Source: Trichomonas gallinae
Taxonomy: Eukaryota
Direction: 5' to 3'
Assembly (NCBI GenBank): GCA_008369845.1
Contig: MRSU01005165.1
Location: forward strand, 1 to 41,172
Length of the DNA: 41,172 nt
The translations under genes and the position numbers were made by a program. The notes below the pieces were generated by a model. The model ran no database searches and had not been told where the DNA came from. It saw only the letters and a list, made by a program, of their open reading frames with translations. Positions 20,694-30,820 of the stretch are shown one piece after another; the first letter of the stretch is position 1, and each line of letters opens with the position of its first letter.

Positions 20694-23600
20694 ATGAAAA
20701 GACGTACTTCTGTGGAAGGTGATGATTTATCTAAGCTTTCGACAGAGTACATCTTGAGCGCCGTGGACAGTCTGCCTGCGTCTGGGTTAGATGTGAAAAG
20801 CTGGAGACATTGTGTTTTCATGCTTTTCTTATATTATAATAGAATCACATCGAAATTGGTATACATACATTATATATTCGATCTGTGGCACTGGGTGCAA
20901 TTGTTTGCTGCAGCTAATTCACTTCCATTAATACTTTCGATCGTTAATGGAAAAAAAGATATCACTTCAAATGCGCTTTTTTCGATCTTATTGTTCATAA
21001 TACCTAATTCTTTAGATCAAGATAGTATATATTATATCACATGTTTACTATTACTAACAGGAAGTTGCTATTTTGTATTTTTCATATCTTTAAGCCACGT
21101 AAAGCGGAAAAAAGCATTTCATCCTTGGCAAGTATTCTTTTCATACATGTTTTCGGTTGAATTTTCGCGAATATTGGTGATTCCGAATTTAGTTCTTCTT
21201 TCTAGAACTTTTATTGCGTCAGTAGTTGGAATACATCCAAAAAATTATATCTGGTTGGCACCTCTTATATTTTCATCATTGCTAATAGTGCTAACATATT
21301 ATACTTCGATTTATCAATTATCATATTTTGGATCTCCAAAGATTCCGCGATCATTACTGATTATTCCAGACCAGATACAGATGAGTATTATACCATTTAT
21401 TGGATGGGGCGTTTTTTCAGGTCTATCACTGAATAACGCGATTTATTTGCTTGTCGGTCTTTATGTAATGATAGGATTGGTATATTTATACATAGGAATC
21501 TATCCTAAATCGTTTAGAAATACAGTTGATCCGATTTCTCTTGCAATTTCGGTATTAATGCTTTTTGAAGCGTGTTCTGGCGTTGTTTTTGCGAAGGGAC
21601 TTAACAGACTAAGCTATACTTACTTCATTGTGGCTTCTATTACAATCGCAATCGGAGTTTATTTGATTATGATAAATATCGAAAAATTAAACTTGAAACA
21701 TTATAAATGGAAACTAAATTCGGCCAACAAATTCGAGGACCTTAACATAACATCCTCGCGCATTTTCTTGAAATATTTATGCGCTGCTTATTATTCTCAC
21801 CATCGATTTTTGTTTGATGGCTCAATAATCAAATTCGCTGCAGAACATTATCACGATATTTTTACCAGCCACATGATGCTTCGTTTGGCAATGCATTTAC
21901 CGCTTAATACTCCATATGTAAATTTAATTTTAACAAATTGTTCTACACTCAACATTAACAGCACAGAAGCCTCGTATTATGTATTCGAATACAAGACAAT
22001 TCTTGGCTGGCGATCAGAGACGCTAGAACCCGCAATTCTCGAAGATATATCAAAAACTTTCAGATTAGCGAAATCATTTATCAAAATCGCATTTTCTTAC
22101 TCATCATTCATACAGCAGGAAGGAGCAAGTTCTTCTTTCATATTTGGACAAGCTTTAGCTGAATTCGCAAGATATTTGGAATCTCAAATAGATAAGTATC
22201 TCCTATTATATCCAACACAGATACCTGTTTTAAAGATGGCTTCTTTCTTTTATGAACGAATTATTATGGATAAACAGAAAACTCGTGAAATTAATCAACA
22301 TATTACTCTTTATGAGTATTTCACGAGCATTTTGCCATCATGGAGAGAGCTGCAGACAATAATAAACACTCCAATAGCAGTAACAGACATATTACAAACG
22401 CAAGAAAAGCTAAATACTGCAACAAGTGAAGATAAAACGGATTCTACAACGCTTGTCAACGACAAACTTCTCGCCAATGATTTGGTCTTCTCTGAAACAC
22501 ACGGTTGGCGAAGTATTCACATCTATTTATTGATTTTATTTTTCTTCGGAATATTACCTTTCTTAGTAACGATTTTCATCAGCTGTAGAAGCTCGCAAAA
22601 GGACTTTAAAGCCTTACTAGCAATGACAGAGTACTTTGGGGAGCACGTTTACCATTTAGTTGGATTAATGATATATGGAATTAAGCCAGTTTTCCAACGA
22701 CAACCAACTCTTGATGATCTGATTAAGATTAACGAATACATTGACGATTTCTCTAACGCGCATGCAAATATATCCACAAAAATCATGTTATTATTTAATA
22801 CATACAGAAACTTGGAAAATTCATGTGCACATCTATATAGAGATGATAATTTTCCTTCCACAACATTCGCTGGCACAGCAAGATACTACAACTACGACAG
22901 CATGATGAGAAGAATTCAAACAAATATTAGAGAATTATACAGAAGCCGCACAATGAATAAAACCAACATTAATGAGGTAAACGTGATAATGAACATGTTC
23001 GCAAACTCATCTGTTTACTTCAAAATTTTCCTGAATTTATATAACGGCTGCCTTGATGAATACTGGGATATTATTGAATATGATACAATAAAATGGTCTA
23101 CGAACTGGTTTTTCGTTGTCTGCGGCATCGTTATTTTAATTAATTCAATTTCGCTTTTCATGTATATATCATTAAGGAAGATGAGCAAGACATTCATCAG
23201 GACATCATCATCAAAAGAGTCAAGACTCATGGAAGTCAACCTGAGTCAGAGATACAAATATCCGTATTATTACTTAACTATAGGAATTCCTTTGTCTTTG
23301 ATGACATTAACTTTCATTTTCTTGAGCGCTCTCATTAACAGAATTGCTCAGATAAAGCTCCAGGACAAAGTGAAGACAGTCACATACCAGGATTTGTCTG
23401 ATATAATACAAATGGCAATACTGGGAACAGCTTTGACCTCAATTGAAATGAAAGGAATGAAGGTGAATGTTTCGAACGAAAAATTATACGAAAATATCGC
23501 GTCTGTCACATCTATTTGGCACAAGTCAGACATAGACTGGAAGCATATAAACGAGAGTTCTTCATCCACGCAGATGTTCGAGGTCGTTCAAATGGCAATG

Positions 23601-24737
23601 ATGCAGATAAAAGGAGCAGAAATAGATTACAATGCATCACTGGCAAAAGCCGCCAGAGATATTTACCAAAATGAGCTGAGGCCTATATTTCTGGAGAGAG
23701 TCACTAACAGGTCATCGATATATTGGAACTCGAGGCTGATGATTAACATGAAGAACGGAGTTTTGCAGGCTTTCGTGTTCCAATTAATCATGTTTGTTTT
23801 TTATTTGATTGGCAGCGTAGTAATTTATTTCATGCAGTCTGTTATATTCACCGAATTCGTTCTGAAAATCATTCCATATGTGCACCAGCGGGAGTCCAAC
23901 TCGCACACTGTAATGACAGGAAGTTCCGAGGCGAAGCTGATCCTAGATATGTTAGGAGTTCCTGGCGCAGTTATCGACATAAACGATAACATAATATTCG
24001 TAAACCACGAGTGGATGTCGATGTTCTCTGGCACTCAGACAACGTTTATAGGCGTCCGATACCAAGTTTACGTGGCCCACGACCCTGATATTGCGATTTT
24101 CCCGTCATTTCAGGATAAAAGGATTGTTGTCATCAACAGATCGGCTAAGGTAGTAAAGCTCAGGAAGCAGATAAGCATAATGACAGATGAATACGACAGG
24201 CTCAACGAATCAACGATGCCTGTTAATATCCTATCGAATACAGAAAAAACAAAGAAGGTTATATGCGCAACAGTCAGTATTATATCGTTTAACCTACAGA
24301 ACGAAGACATAGACCTCGTTCGATGTTTCACAGATTTAATGTTCAAGCGAATCATGGAGGAGCTTGAAATGATTCCAGATGCTAAACTCCTCATGTGGTC
24401 TTATTCCGACATTACGATCACGTTTGGATTTGGCGAGACAAAACTTCTCGATGCCGCCTTACAGGCTTTGAATCTCGTCGCTATGATCACTCAAATGATT
24501 ATAGAGACAGAAGATATATACGGGCTTTATTGTTCCTCCTCGATTATGCTTGGCGAAATTGGTGGAAATTTCGATGGAGCGAAAAGCAGGTCCTGGAGGA
24601 TTACAAATTCCATTACTCTTAGCCCAGATGTCACACAGATAATTTTGAATTACATAGCTGATATAACGTATGTACTTGATAATGAAATTGCAATTATTGT
24701 TTTAGAAAACACATATGACGACTTGTCCGATGACTAG
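20694..24737 (+). CDS. Large multi-pass membrane protein resembling trichomonad transmembrane adenylate cyclases, with PAS-like domain and degenerate cyclase domain
   Basis: N-terminal multi-TM block, helical cytosolic region and further TM pairs. PAS-like LDMLGVPGAVIDINDNIIFVN, signalling-helix-like EYDRLNESTMPVNI, then a shortened class III cyclase-like C-terminus ending ITLSPDVTQII. Confidence 0.65.
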   Translation: MKRRTSVEGDDLSKLSTEYILSAVDSLPASGLDVKSWRHCVFMLFLYYNRITSKLVYIHYIFDLWHWVQLFAAANSLPLILSIVNGKKDITSNALFSILLFIIPNSLDQDSIYYITCLLLLTGSCYFVFFISLSHVKRKKAFHPWQVFFSYMFSVEFSRILVIPNLVLLSRTFIASVVGIHPKNYIWLAPLIFSSLLIVLTYYTSIYQLSYFGSPKIPRSLLIIPDQIQMSIIPFIGWGVFSGLSLNNAIYLLVGLYVMIGLVYLYIGIYPKSFRNTVDPISLAISVLMLFEACSGVVFAKGLNRLSYTYFIVASITIAIGVYLIMINIEKLNLKHYKWKLNSANKFEDLNITSSRIFLKYLCAAYYSHHRFLFDGSIIKFAAEHYHDIFTSHMMLRLAMHLPLNTPYVNLILTNCSTLNINSTEASYYVFEYKTILGWRSETLEPAILEDISKTFRLAKSFIKIAFSYSSFIQQEGASSSFIFGQALAEFARYLESQIDKYLLLYPTQIPVLKMASFFYERIIMDKQKTREINQHITLYEYFTSILPSWRELQTIINTPIAVTDILQTQEKLNTATSEDKTDSTTLVNDKLLANDLVFSETHGWRSIHIYLLILFFFGILPFLVTIFISCRSSQKDFKALLAMTEYFGEHVYHLVGLMIYGIKPVFQRQPTLDDLIKINEYIDDFSNAHANISTKIMLLFNTYRNLENSCAHLYRDDNFPSTTFAGTARYYNYDSMMRRIQTNIRELYRSRTMNKTNINEVNVIMNMFANSSVYFKIFLNLYNGCLDEYWDIIEYDTIKWSTNWFFVVCGIVILINSISLFMYISLRKMSKTFIRTSSSKESRLMEVNLSQRYKYPYYYLTIGIPLSLMTLTFIFLSALINRIAQIKLQDKVKTVTYQDLSDIIQMAILGTALTSIEMKGMKVNVSNEKLYENIASVTSIWHKSDIDWKHINESSSSTQMFEVVQMAMMQIKGAEIDYNASLAKAARDIYQNELRPIFLERVTNRSSIYWNSRLMINMKNGVLQAFVFQLIMFVFYLIGSVVIYFMQSVIFTEFVLKIIPYVHQRESNSHTVMTGSSEAKLILDMLGVPGAVIDINDNIIFVNHEWMSMFSGTQTTFIGVRYQVYVAHDPDIAIFPSFQDKRIVVINRSAKVVKLRKQISIMTDEYDRLNESTMPVNILSNTEKTKKVICATVSIISFNLQNEDIDLVRCFTDLMFKRIMEELEMIPDAKLLMWSYSDITITFGFGETKLLDAALQALNLVAMITQMIIETEDIYGLYCSSSIMLGEIGGNFDGAKSRSWRITNSITLSPDVTQIILNYIADITYVLDNEIAIIVLENTYDDLSDD

Positions 24738-24962
24738 CAAATGTGTATTTATATATTAATAAAGATTGTTTGTTGATTATTCATATGCAAATAGTCTTAA
24801 CGTCTTTTTCTTTAGTAGTTAATCAAACTATCTGTAGCAAAAAATAGCCAGACAAAAAACAAAAAGATCCAAAAATGTTCTTTTTTACAAATTTGCCTAA
24901 TTTGGAAATATATTATCTGTAAATGGAAATAAAAGGCAAGATTAATAAAAAATAACTGTACT

Positions 24963-25289
24963 TTACGAATCGGAACCAGATGTAGAAATCGAAGATGAGT
25001 CACTGGATGTGGAATAGCTAGACGTTGTTGTTGATGCAGTTGATGTTGTTGTAGAAAGATCATCACTATCACTATGAACAACTGGTGGCGGTGGAGCAGC
25101 AGCAACTGTTGGAATAACTGGTGGCTGCTCTGGTGGTGGCGGTGGTGCAGCCTTTGGTTCCTCCTTTGGTTTTTCTTCTTGTTTAACAGGCTGTGGAGCT
25201 GGCTTCTCTTGTGGTGGAGCTGGCTTTGATTCCTCCTTCTTCTCTGGCTTCTTCTCCTGCTTTGGAGCGTCGTCTGTTTCCTTGCACAT
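24963..25289 (-). CDS. Small low-complexity protein (K/E/P-rich then S/T-rich; 108 aa)
   Basis: GC-rich ORF with biased codons (CCA, AAG, GAG), stop in TAAA context, N-terminal MCK. Confidence 0.7.
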   Translation of the reverse strand: MCKETDDAPKQEKKPEKKEESKPAPPQEKPAPQPVKQEEKPKEEPKAAPPPPPEQPPVIPTVAAAPPPPVVHSDSDDLSTTTSTASTTTSSYSTSSDSSSISTSGSDS

Positions 25290-26733
25290 CGAAAACTAAA
25301 AAAATTTTTTTCTGTGCGTTAAAAATGTAATAAAACTATTACTATATTATTTTAATATTAAAAACAACCAGTATTTATGATGCCTTTTCAAAAACTAAAA
25401 AGATATGAAAAGTGATGGTCAGGTCACTTTTTGAATATGAATGTCGGTTAAGTCTTTTTATTACGCAGATATACTTTAACAAAGCGTTCCACATTGATAC
25501 AGGAACATTGAGACAATGTTATTGGCTAATGAATGACGAGACCAATGAAAAAAAAAAAAACAGTAAAAAAATTTCGCAGTTTTCGTTTACGGGCGCGACA
25601 GTAGACCGTAAAAATACATGAAAAATCACATTATCAAGAATAGTATTATTTTCACTTTGAATTTGAATTTTTGAATTGAAAATAATCGTATTTCTGAAAA
25701 TTTTTGTTTTCGCACGTTTTATGGGCGTGGAAGAATTCAAAAATAGGCGAAAATATTGTTATCATCCATATAATTACTTTCATTTTAAATTGCTTTGAAT
25801 TTTCAATTGAAAATAATCGTACATTACAAGCCAAAATGCATATGATAAAATCCGAATATAGACTAAATTTTTAATAATGATTTTCGGAACCACTTTTTCT
25901 ATGTGAAATCAGGAAAAGTGACAAAATACTTGTAGCATTTTTTCCATCGCGATTTTTTCCCTAGTTTAATGGCTCGTAAATTTACATATCCATTGCATTT
26001 TTATTATAGCTTACAATAGCGCGTCAATAATTAAAAAAAAACTTTCTGAACATTATTACAAAGGAAAAGCATACAATATTACTCTGTAATATTGATATTT
26101 ACAGTATTTTGTATACATGATGTTTGTTTTCGCATGCTTTAAGAAAATTATCAAATTATGCAAGAATATCTTGAAACCGAAAAAGAAAGCATCACTTTGC
26201 GCTATATAATTTGAGATAGACTGACCTGTATGACGCAATCTGAGATGCTGCTATTCACACAACGCAGCACCTGCCATCACCATGGCACAAAATGCCGCCC
26301 AGCATCATGGAATATCTTGTCTTCTGTCCCAATATGTGTAATAATGGAATGTATCAATTGTTATTCTCAATACATCTTGAGTAAAATTCAAATAATAATA
26401 TATCAATATTTTTAATATATTTTTAAAATGTTGCCTACTTTCAAGTATCTATGTAAAAATGGTCTCTAACACATCAAATCCACAAATAGATCGAAGTGAA
26501 TACATCTAACTCAATCTCTAATTAATTATTATGTTGAGATTCATTACTAAATAACAAGAATTGTATAAATTATCAATATAAATGTTTTAAGACAGTTCCC
26601 AATATATATTGGTTTTTACTTTTGATTTTTTTGGAAATTCAAAAATATCCCAGGCGCAACGGGAAATCATGAGCTGAAATAATGATATACTCCATCATAA
26701 ACATATATCTATAAAGAAAACAGCTCTGTAAAA

Positions 26734-26786
26734 GAATTCTTCATCGTCTTTTATCGGAAATTTTAAAAATTGACGATGGAGAATTC
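26734..26786. other. Inverted repeat upstream of ODC
   Basis: GAATTCTTCATCGTC (26734-26748) and GACGATGGAGAATTC (26772-26786): 14 of 15 positions Watson-Crick complementary, 23-nt spacer. Confidence 0.7.
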
Positions 26787-26863
26787 GGTGTAAAAACAGA
26801 CGGATTAGATTATAGCAGGATTTTGAAGATTTATATAATTTTTTTGTCAGTTTTTTTTAATTA

Positions 26864-28057
26864 ATGCATCACGTCGCCCCGCATGACAACTTTACAATCA
26901 TCAAGAACCTTGATGAGACAGTACAGAAGTGCTTGGACCAGATGGACAACGATCAGTCCTTCTGGATCGCTGATTTCAACAGAATTCGCAGATCACTTGC
27001 ATTGTGGGAAGAGAATTTGAGCAGACTCCACATCCACTACGCTATGAAGTGCTGCGATGAGCCAGAACTCTTGAAATTCCTCGCAGATCGTGGCGTTGGC
27101 TACGATTGCGCCTCTGAAGATGAAATCCGCAGAATTCTCGCACTCGGCGTTGATGCTAATCGTATTGTCTTCGCCCACCCAATCAAGTCGATTGACTCAA
27201 TTAAATTCGCCAAAGAGAAGGGTGTCAACCGCCTCGTTTTCGACACAGAGAGCGAATTGCGTAAGATCCTTCGCTACTTCCCAGACGCCGAGGTCTTCCT
27301 CAGAATCAAGCCGCGCTTCACACACGCCAAGATTCAGCTTTCAAACAAATTCGGTGCTGATCCAAAGGAAGTTCCTAAGCTGATGGCACTTACAGCCGAA
27401 CTTGGTGCAAACTTCATCGGTTTCTCATTCCACGTTGGCTCTCTCTGCGATGATATCACAACATTCAGAGTTGCTCTAGAATACGTCGCCGAGTTGAAGG
27501 CGGAAGCTGAAAAACTTGGCCTCAACGTATCATTTATCGACATTGGTGGTGGCTTCCTTCCACCATCTCAAAAGGCAAAGTTCACATTCGCTGAAATTGC
27601 AGAAGCCATCAATGCAGCCATCGATGAGCTCTTCGATGGCGACGAAATCGAATTCCTTGCAGAACCAGGACGCTTTATCGCCTCAGATTTCATGGATCTC
27701 GTCATGCCAGTTATCTGCTGCAAAGAACATCACGAAGCAGACGGAGATGAGCAGTCGGTCTTCGTCGCTGAAGGCATTTACGGCGCATTCAACGCACTCA
27801 ACTACGATCACGCAGAGCCACACTTCCTTATCAGAACAGAAGGCGCATCTGAGGGCGAGCGTATCAAAACTAGACTTTGGGGCCAGACATGCGACTCAGA
27901 GGACCTTGTCTATGAAGAGCTTAGCTGGCCTAGACTCGAAGTCGGCGACTATCTCATGATTGAGAAGTTTGGTGCTTATACATATGCACCAACTTCATTC
28001 TTCAACGGTTTCATGCACAACAGAGTTTTCCACATCAACGAAGAAGATGAGGAGTAA
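26864..28057 (+). CDS. ODC: Ornithine decarboxylase (fold type III PLP enzyme)
   Basis: HYAMKC (PLP lysine), YDCAS, KFGA, FHVGS, DIGGG, AEPGRF, WGQTCDS and GAY..FNGF motifs all present. Confidence 0.92.
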   Translation: MHHVAPHDNFTIIKNLDETVQKCLDQMDNDQSFWIADFNRIRRSLALWEENLSRLHIHYAMKCCDEPELLKFLADRGVGYDCASEDEIRRILALGVDANRIVFAHPIKSIDSIKFAKEKGVNRLVFDTESELRKILRYFPDAEVFLRIKPRFTHAKIQLSNKFGADPKEVPKLMALTAELGANFIGFSFHVGSLCDDITTFRVALEYVAELKAEAEKLGLNVSFIDIGGGFLPPSQKAKFTFAEIAEAINAAIDELFDGDEIEFLAEPGRFIASDFMDLVMPVICCKEHHEADGDEQSVFVAEGIYGAFNALNYDHAEPHFLIRTEGASEGERIKTRLWGQTCDSEDLVYEELSWPRLEVGDYLMIEKFGAYTYAPTSFFNGFMHNRVFHINEEDEE

Positions 28058-28452
28058 AATTATTTCGCAAATTTTACGATTAAAATTTTAGCTTTTCTTA
28101 TTCATACAGTATTTCGTTCCTAAAATGTAGTTTAATCCATTTACACATCATTTTCGCAACTCAGTAATCATTGCAAAACAAATAAAAATACATAAAAATC
28201 AATTTAAGAGTTTGAAATAAAATTTCATTTATGAAAAATAAGATTTAGAAGATTTAGATGATGTAAATCAACATATTTTTACATAATATATCATACATCA
28301 TTGGATTTTTATATATATGTTTTAATAATAGAACATACGAAAAATTTTTAGATTAAGGATATATAGAATCGGTCAGATATTGCTACGATTGATATAGTTA
28401 TGATGCAGAAAGATAGTTTAAAGTGCAAAACAAGAAAAATGAGGATAAAAGA

Positions 28453-29166
28453 TTATTTTCGGAATACTCTGTCGAAAACATTCTCATGGACTTCACATAT
28501 GAATAAGACAGGATCAGTTGTCTCTATTAAGATCTTTGATTGCACCATATGAAGGTTCATGCAAATATTTGACCCTAATTCAAGTGGTCCGTCAAGATTT
28601 TCCTTCAATCCAATTGTTTTGATTCTTTTCACTGGATTGCAGAGGGGCTGAATGCTGCATTTTCCTGTTGTCCAAGAGAAAGGAATTTCAACTCCTTCGT
28701 TTTCAGGCTTGATCCATACCATTATGTTCACATTGTCCAACAAAAAGATAGGCGCGCCCTTTGCCCACAGTGCAGCGTTCAAAACACCAGCTGTGTGGTC
28801 AAATCTTCCACCATAGCCTCCCATGCATATGATTGGCTCATGGTGGCCCTTTTCTATGACGAGATCTATGGCCTTCTGCACGTCGCAATAATCTTGGTTG
28901 TATATATGGACGAATTCTGAGCCGCGAGCTTCCATCAACTTACGAACTTCCGGCTTGACGCTATCGAAATCACCTGCAACGAAGTCAGGTGCCTTGCAAT
29001 CCTTAATGTTAAGCTCCCTGAAGTACTTGTGGATTCTGTTAACGCCGCCATCAGCCGCAATACGCGTTTTGGCCATGTACCAGACACTGCCGAAGAAGTG
29101 TGGGAATGTGTAGTTTAGCGCCACAGCTGTATATGGCTTGTCAGGCGAGAATGGAAAACGTAACAT
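28453..29166 (-). CDS. TPK1: Thiamine pyrophosphokinase
   Basis: IAADGGVN, PDFVAGDFDSV, NQDYCDVQKAI, GGYGGRFDH and TIGLK motifs. Confidence 0.9.
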   Translation of the reverse strand: MLRFPFSPDKPYTAVALNYTFPHFFGSVWYMAKTRIAADGGVNRIHKYFRELNIKDCKAPDFVAGDFDSVKPEVRKLMEARGSEFVHIYNQDYCDVQKAIDLVIEKGHHEPIICMGGYGGRFDHTAGVLNAALWAKGAPIFLLDNVNIMVWIKPENEGVEIPFSWTTGKCSIQPLCNPVKRIKTIGLKENLDGPLELGSNICMNLHMVQSKILIETTDPVLFICEVHENVFDRVFRK

Positions 29167-29537
29167 CGTTAAATAATGAATTTTGACAATTTAATTCAAA
29201 AAATAAAAAATTCAGAAAATCAAAACGATTTATACTATCATAAGTTATATAATATATAAAAATTGGACGCTGTCACACCCGTAATTATTATCAGAAATTT
29301 CGAATTTTTCAATGGTTGTAAATAAAAGTGACAGTAACATACTGAGCAACTTTAAATCCGCAGAGTTCGAGTCAAATAATTTAAAATCTTTATTTAAAAG
29401 TTGTTTGTATTATGAATATTATAGTTTAATGGATTTATCAAACGGCTTTTTTCGAAATTTGGTTAATTTTATGATGGCAAATGATTTAACAAACAAAAAT
29501 CGCTTCAACCAAACAGTATAGTTTATAAACATATATA

Positions 29538-30392
29538 TTATAGTGTGATATCGCGCCTTCTTGCCAGGTCTTCTTTCTTTTTCTCTCCAGCTGGAATGAA
29601 TGGCTGCATTGACTCGGATTTGGATTCTTTTCCATTTCTGGCACGAATTACGACATAAATAATAGTTATTACAGCAAAAATCAAAACAAAGATTATTAAT
29701 CCAATGAAATTGAATTTTGGCGTTACATCAATGAGAATACGTGGTGAAGACCATTGATTGCGATCAAAAGAAATGCTGACAAACTGTGGTTTATCTTCCA
29801 AAATAGATTTGCAAAATCCGTGAGTTGAATTAGTAAAGTTTCCTGGCATTTCTACCATTCCACATCGACAGTATATTTCATTTGGTACATATATTTCAGG
29901 TCTTACGAATGAAAATTCTATTATTTTTGAATTTAATGTTGCATTCAATAATACTGGCTCAGGAGCAGAGCATTCACTAATTCCATTACCAATTAAACCA
30001 CTTTGACATATGCATTCACCTGGATATTTACAAGTTGCATTTTGATGGCAGTCTAGGCACTTCCAGCATCCTTTAGATAGAATATTACCTTCATAAATAT
30101 AACCATCAGCGCATTTACAAGTTCCATCTTCGAGTTTTATTGTATTTGGTACACCGCAATCAGGCAAATCGACTTGAACTTGTGGATTCACTAGTGGATC
30201 TTCAATCCTAACTAATCCTTTCATCATTTTTCTGATTTTTTCTTTATCTTTAGATTTTATAACTTGTTTCATTTTTTCAACGAATGGGTTGTCCTTACCT
30301 GGCACCAAATCTTCTAATGGCGGAATTGTGAAGAGTTGACCATCAATATCTATGGGGTCTTGAGTATATAGAACAAAAAGTAATAAAATCAA
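29538..30392 (-). CDS. Type I membrane protein with EGF-like and IPT/TIG-like domains; start codon is TTG as sequenced
   Basis: Hydrophobic N-terminus (ILLLFVLY), CKCADGY and CHQNATCKYPGECICQSGLIGNGISEC, an Ig-like segment ending VSISFDRNQWS, TM FIGLIIFVLIFAVITIIYVVI and a short tail. Confidence 0.75.
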   Translation of the reverse strand: MILLLFVLYTQDPIDIDGQLFTIPPLEDLVPGKDNPFVEKMKQVIKSKDKEKIRKMMKGLVRIEDPLVNPQVQVDLPDCGVPNTIKLEDGTCKCADGYIYEGNILSKGCWKCLDCHQNATCKYPGECICQSGLIGNGISECSAPEPVLLNATLNSKIIEFSFVRPEIYVPNEIYCRCGMVEMPGNFTNSTHGFCKSILEDKPQFVSISFDRNQWSSPRILIDVTPKFNFIGLIIFVLIFAVITIIYVVIRARNGKESKSESMQPFIPAGEKKKEDLARRRDITL

Positions 30393-30524
30393 TTTTAGGA
30401 AATGTCAAAAATCAATTTTACATGTCATAAAATTACATTTACATATCAGATTTTTTATTTACATGACAAATTCTTTGATTCATATCAACTTAGAGAATGT
30501 TTTAACTTCATGATGTCTTGACAT

Positions 30525-30722
30525 ATTTGGCTCATTGTTTGCACCATGCTCAACTTTACTTATCATTGTGATGATGTTAATTTTATGCAGCATCAAATAA
30601 TGATATCCTGTCATCTTTGCTCTTTTGCTTCAATTCTTGCACAAGGTTCGATTAATTTTGTGTATTTTTCAATATTATTCTTAGGTGCATATTCAAATAA
30701 TGGTGTTTTGCCATTTTTCCCA
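30525..30722 (-). pseudogene. Ankyrin-repeat gene remnant (about 2 repeats)
   Basis: Minus strand reads GKNGKTPLFEYAPKNNIEKYTKLIEPCARIEAK, then after a frameshift KDDRISLFDAA*, then after another shift IITMISKVEHGANNE. Confidence 0.7.
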
Positions 30723-30820
30723 GCTATTTGAATTTAAAAAAAAAAAAAAATAACTCGAGTTTTGATCCAAGAGGTGTAGATAGTAATTTTGATATACATG
30801 AAAGAACATACTCTATTTTA

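Noticed and set aside
25290..25325. TTTAACGCACAG resembling the trichomonad intron 3' motif ACTAACACACAG upstream of the 108-aa gene
   Set aside because: Three mismatches including the branch region, an in-frame TAG between it and the ATG, and no evident upstream exon.
26215..26310. Minus-strand CWAAF...QHLR..TGQSIS resembling the papain CWAF region
   Set aside because: Needs several insertions and two stops and lacks QxxCGS; likely coincidental.
27090..27959. Two shifted-frame ORFs inside ODC (possible frameshift or antizyme-like signal)
   Set aside because: The ODC main frame is complete with all motifs; such shadow ORFs follow from biased codon usage. No antizyme-like sequence was seen.
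26864..29166. ODC and TPK as a metabolic gene cluster
   Set aside because: Convergent orientation and unrelated pathways (PLP-dependent polyamine synthesis versus TPP synthesis); neighbours are functionally mixed.
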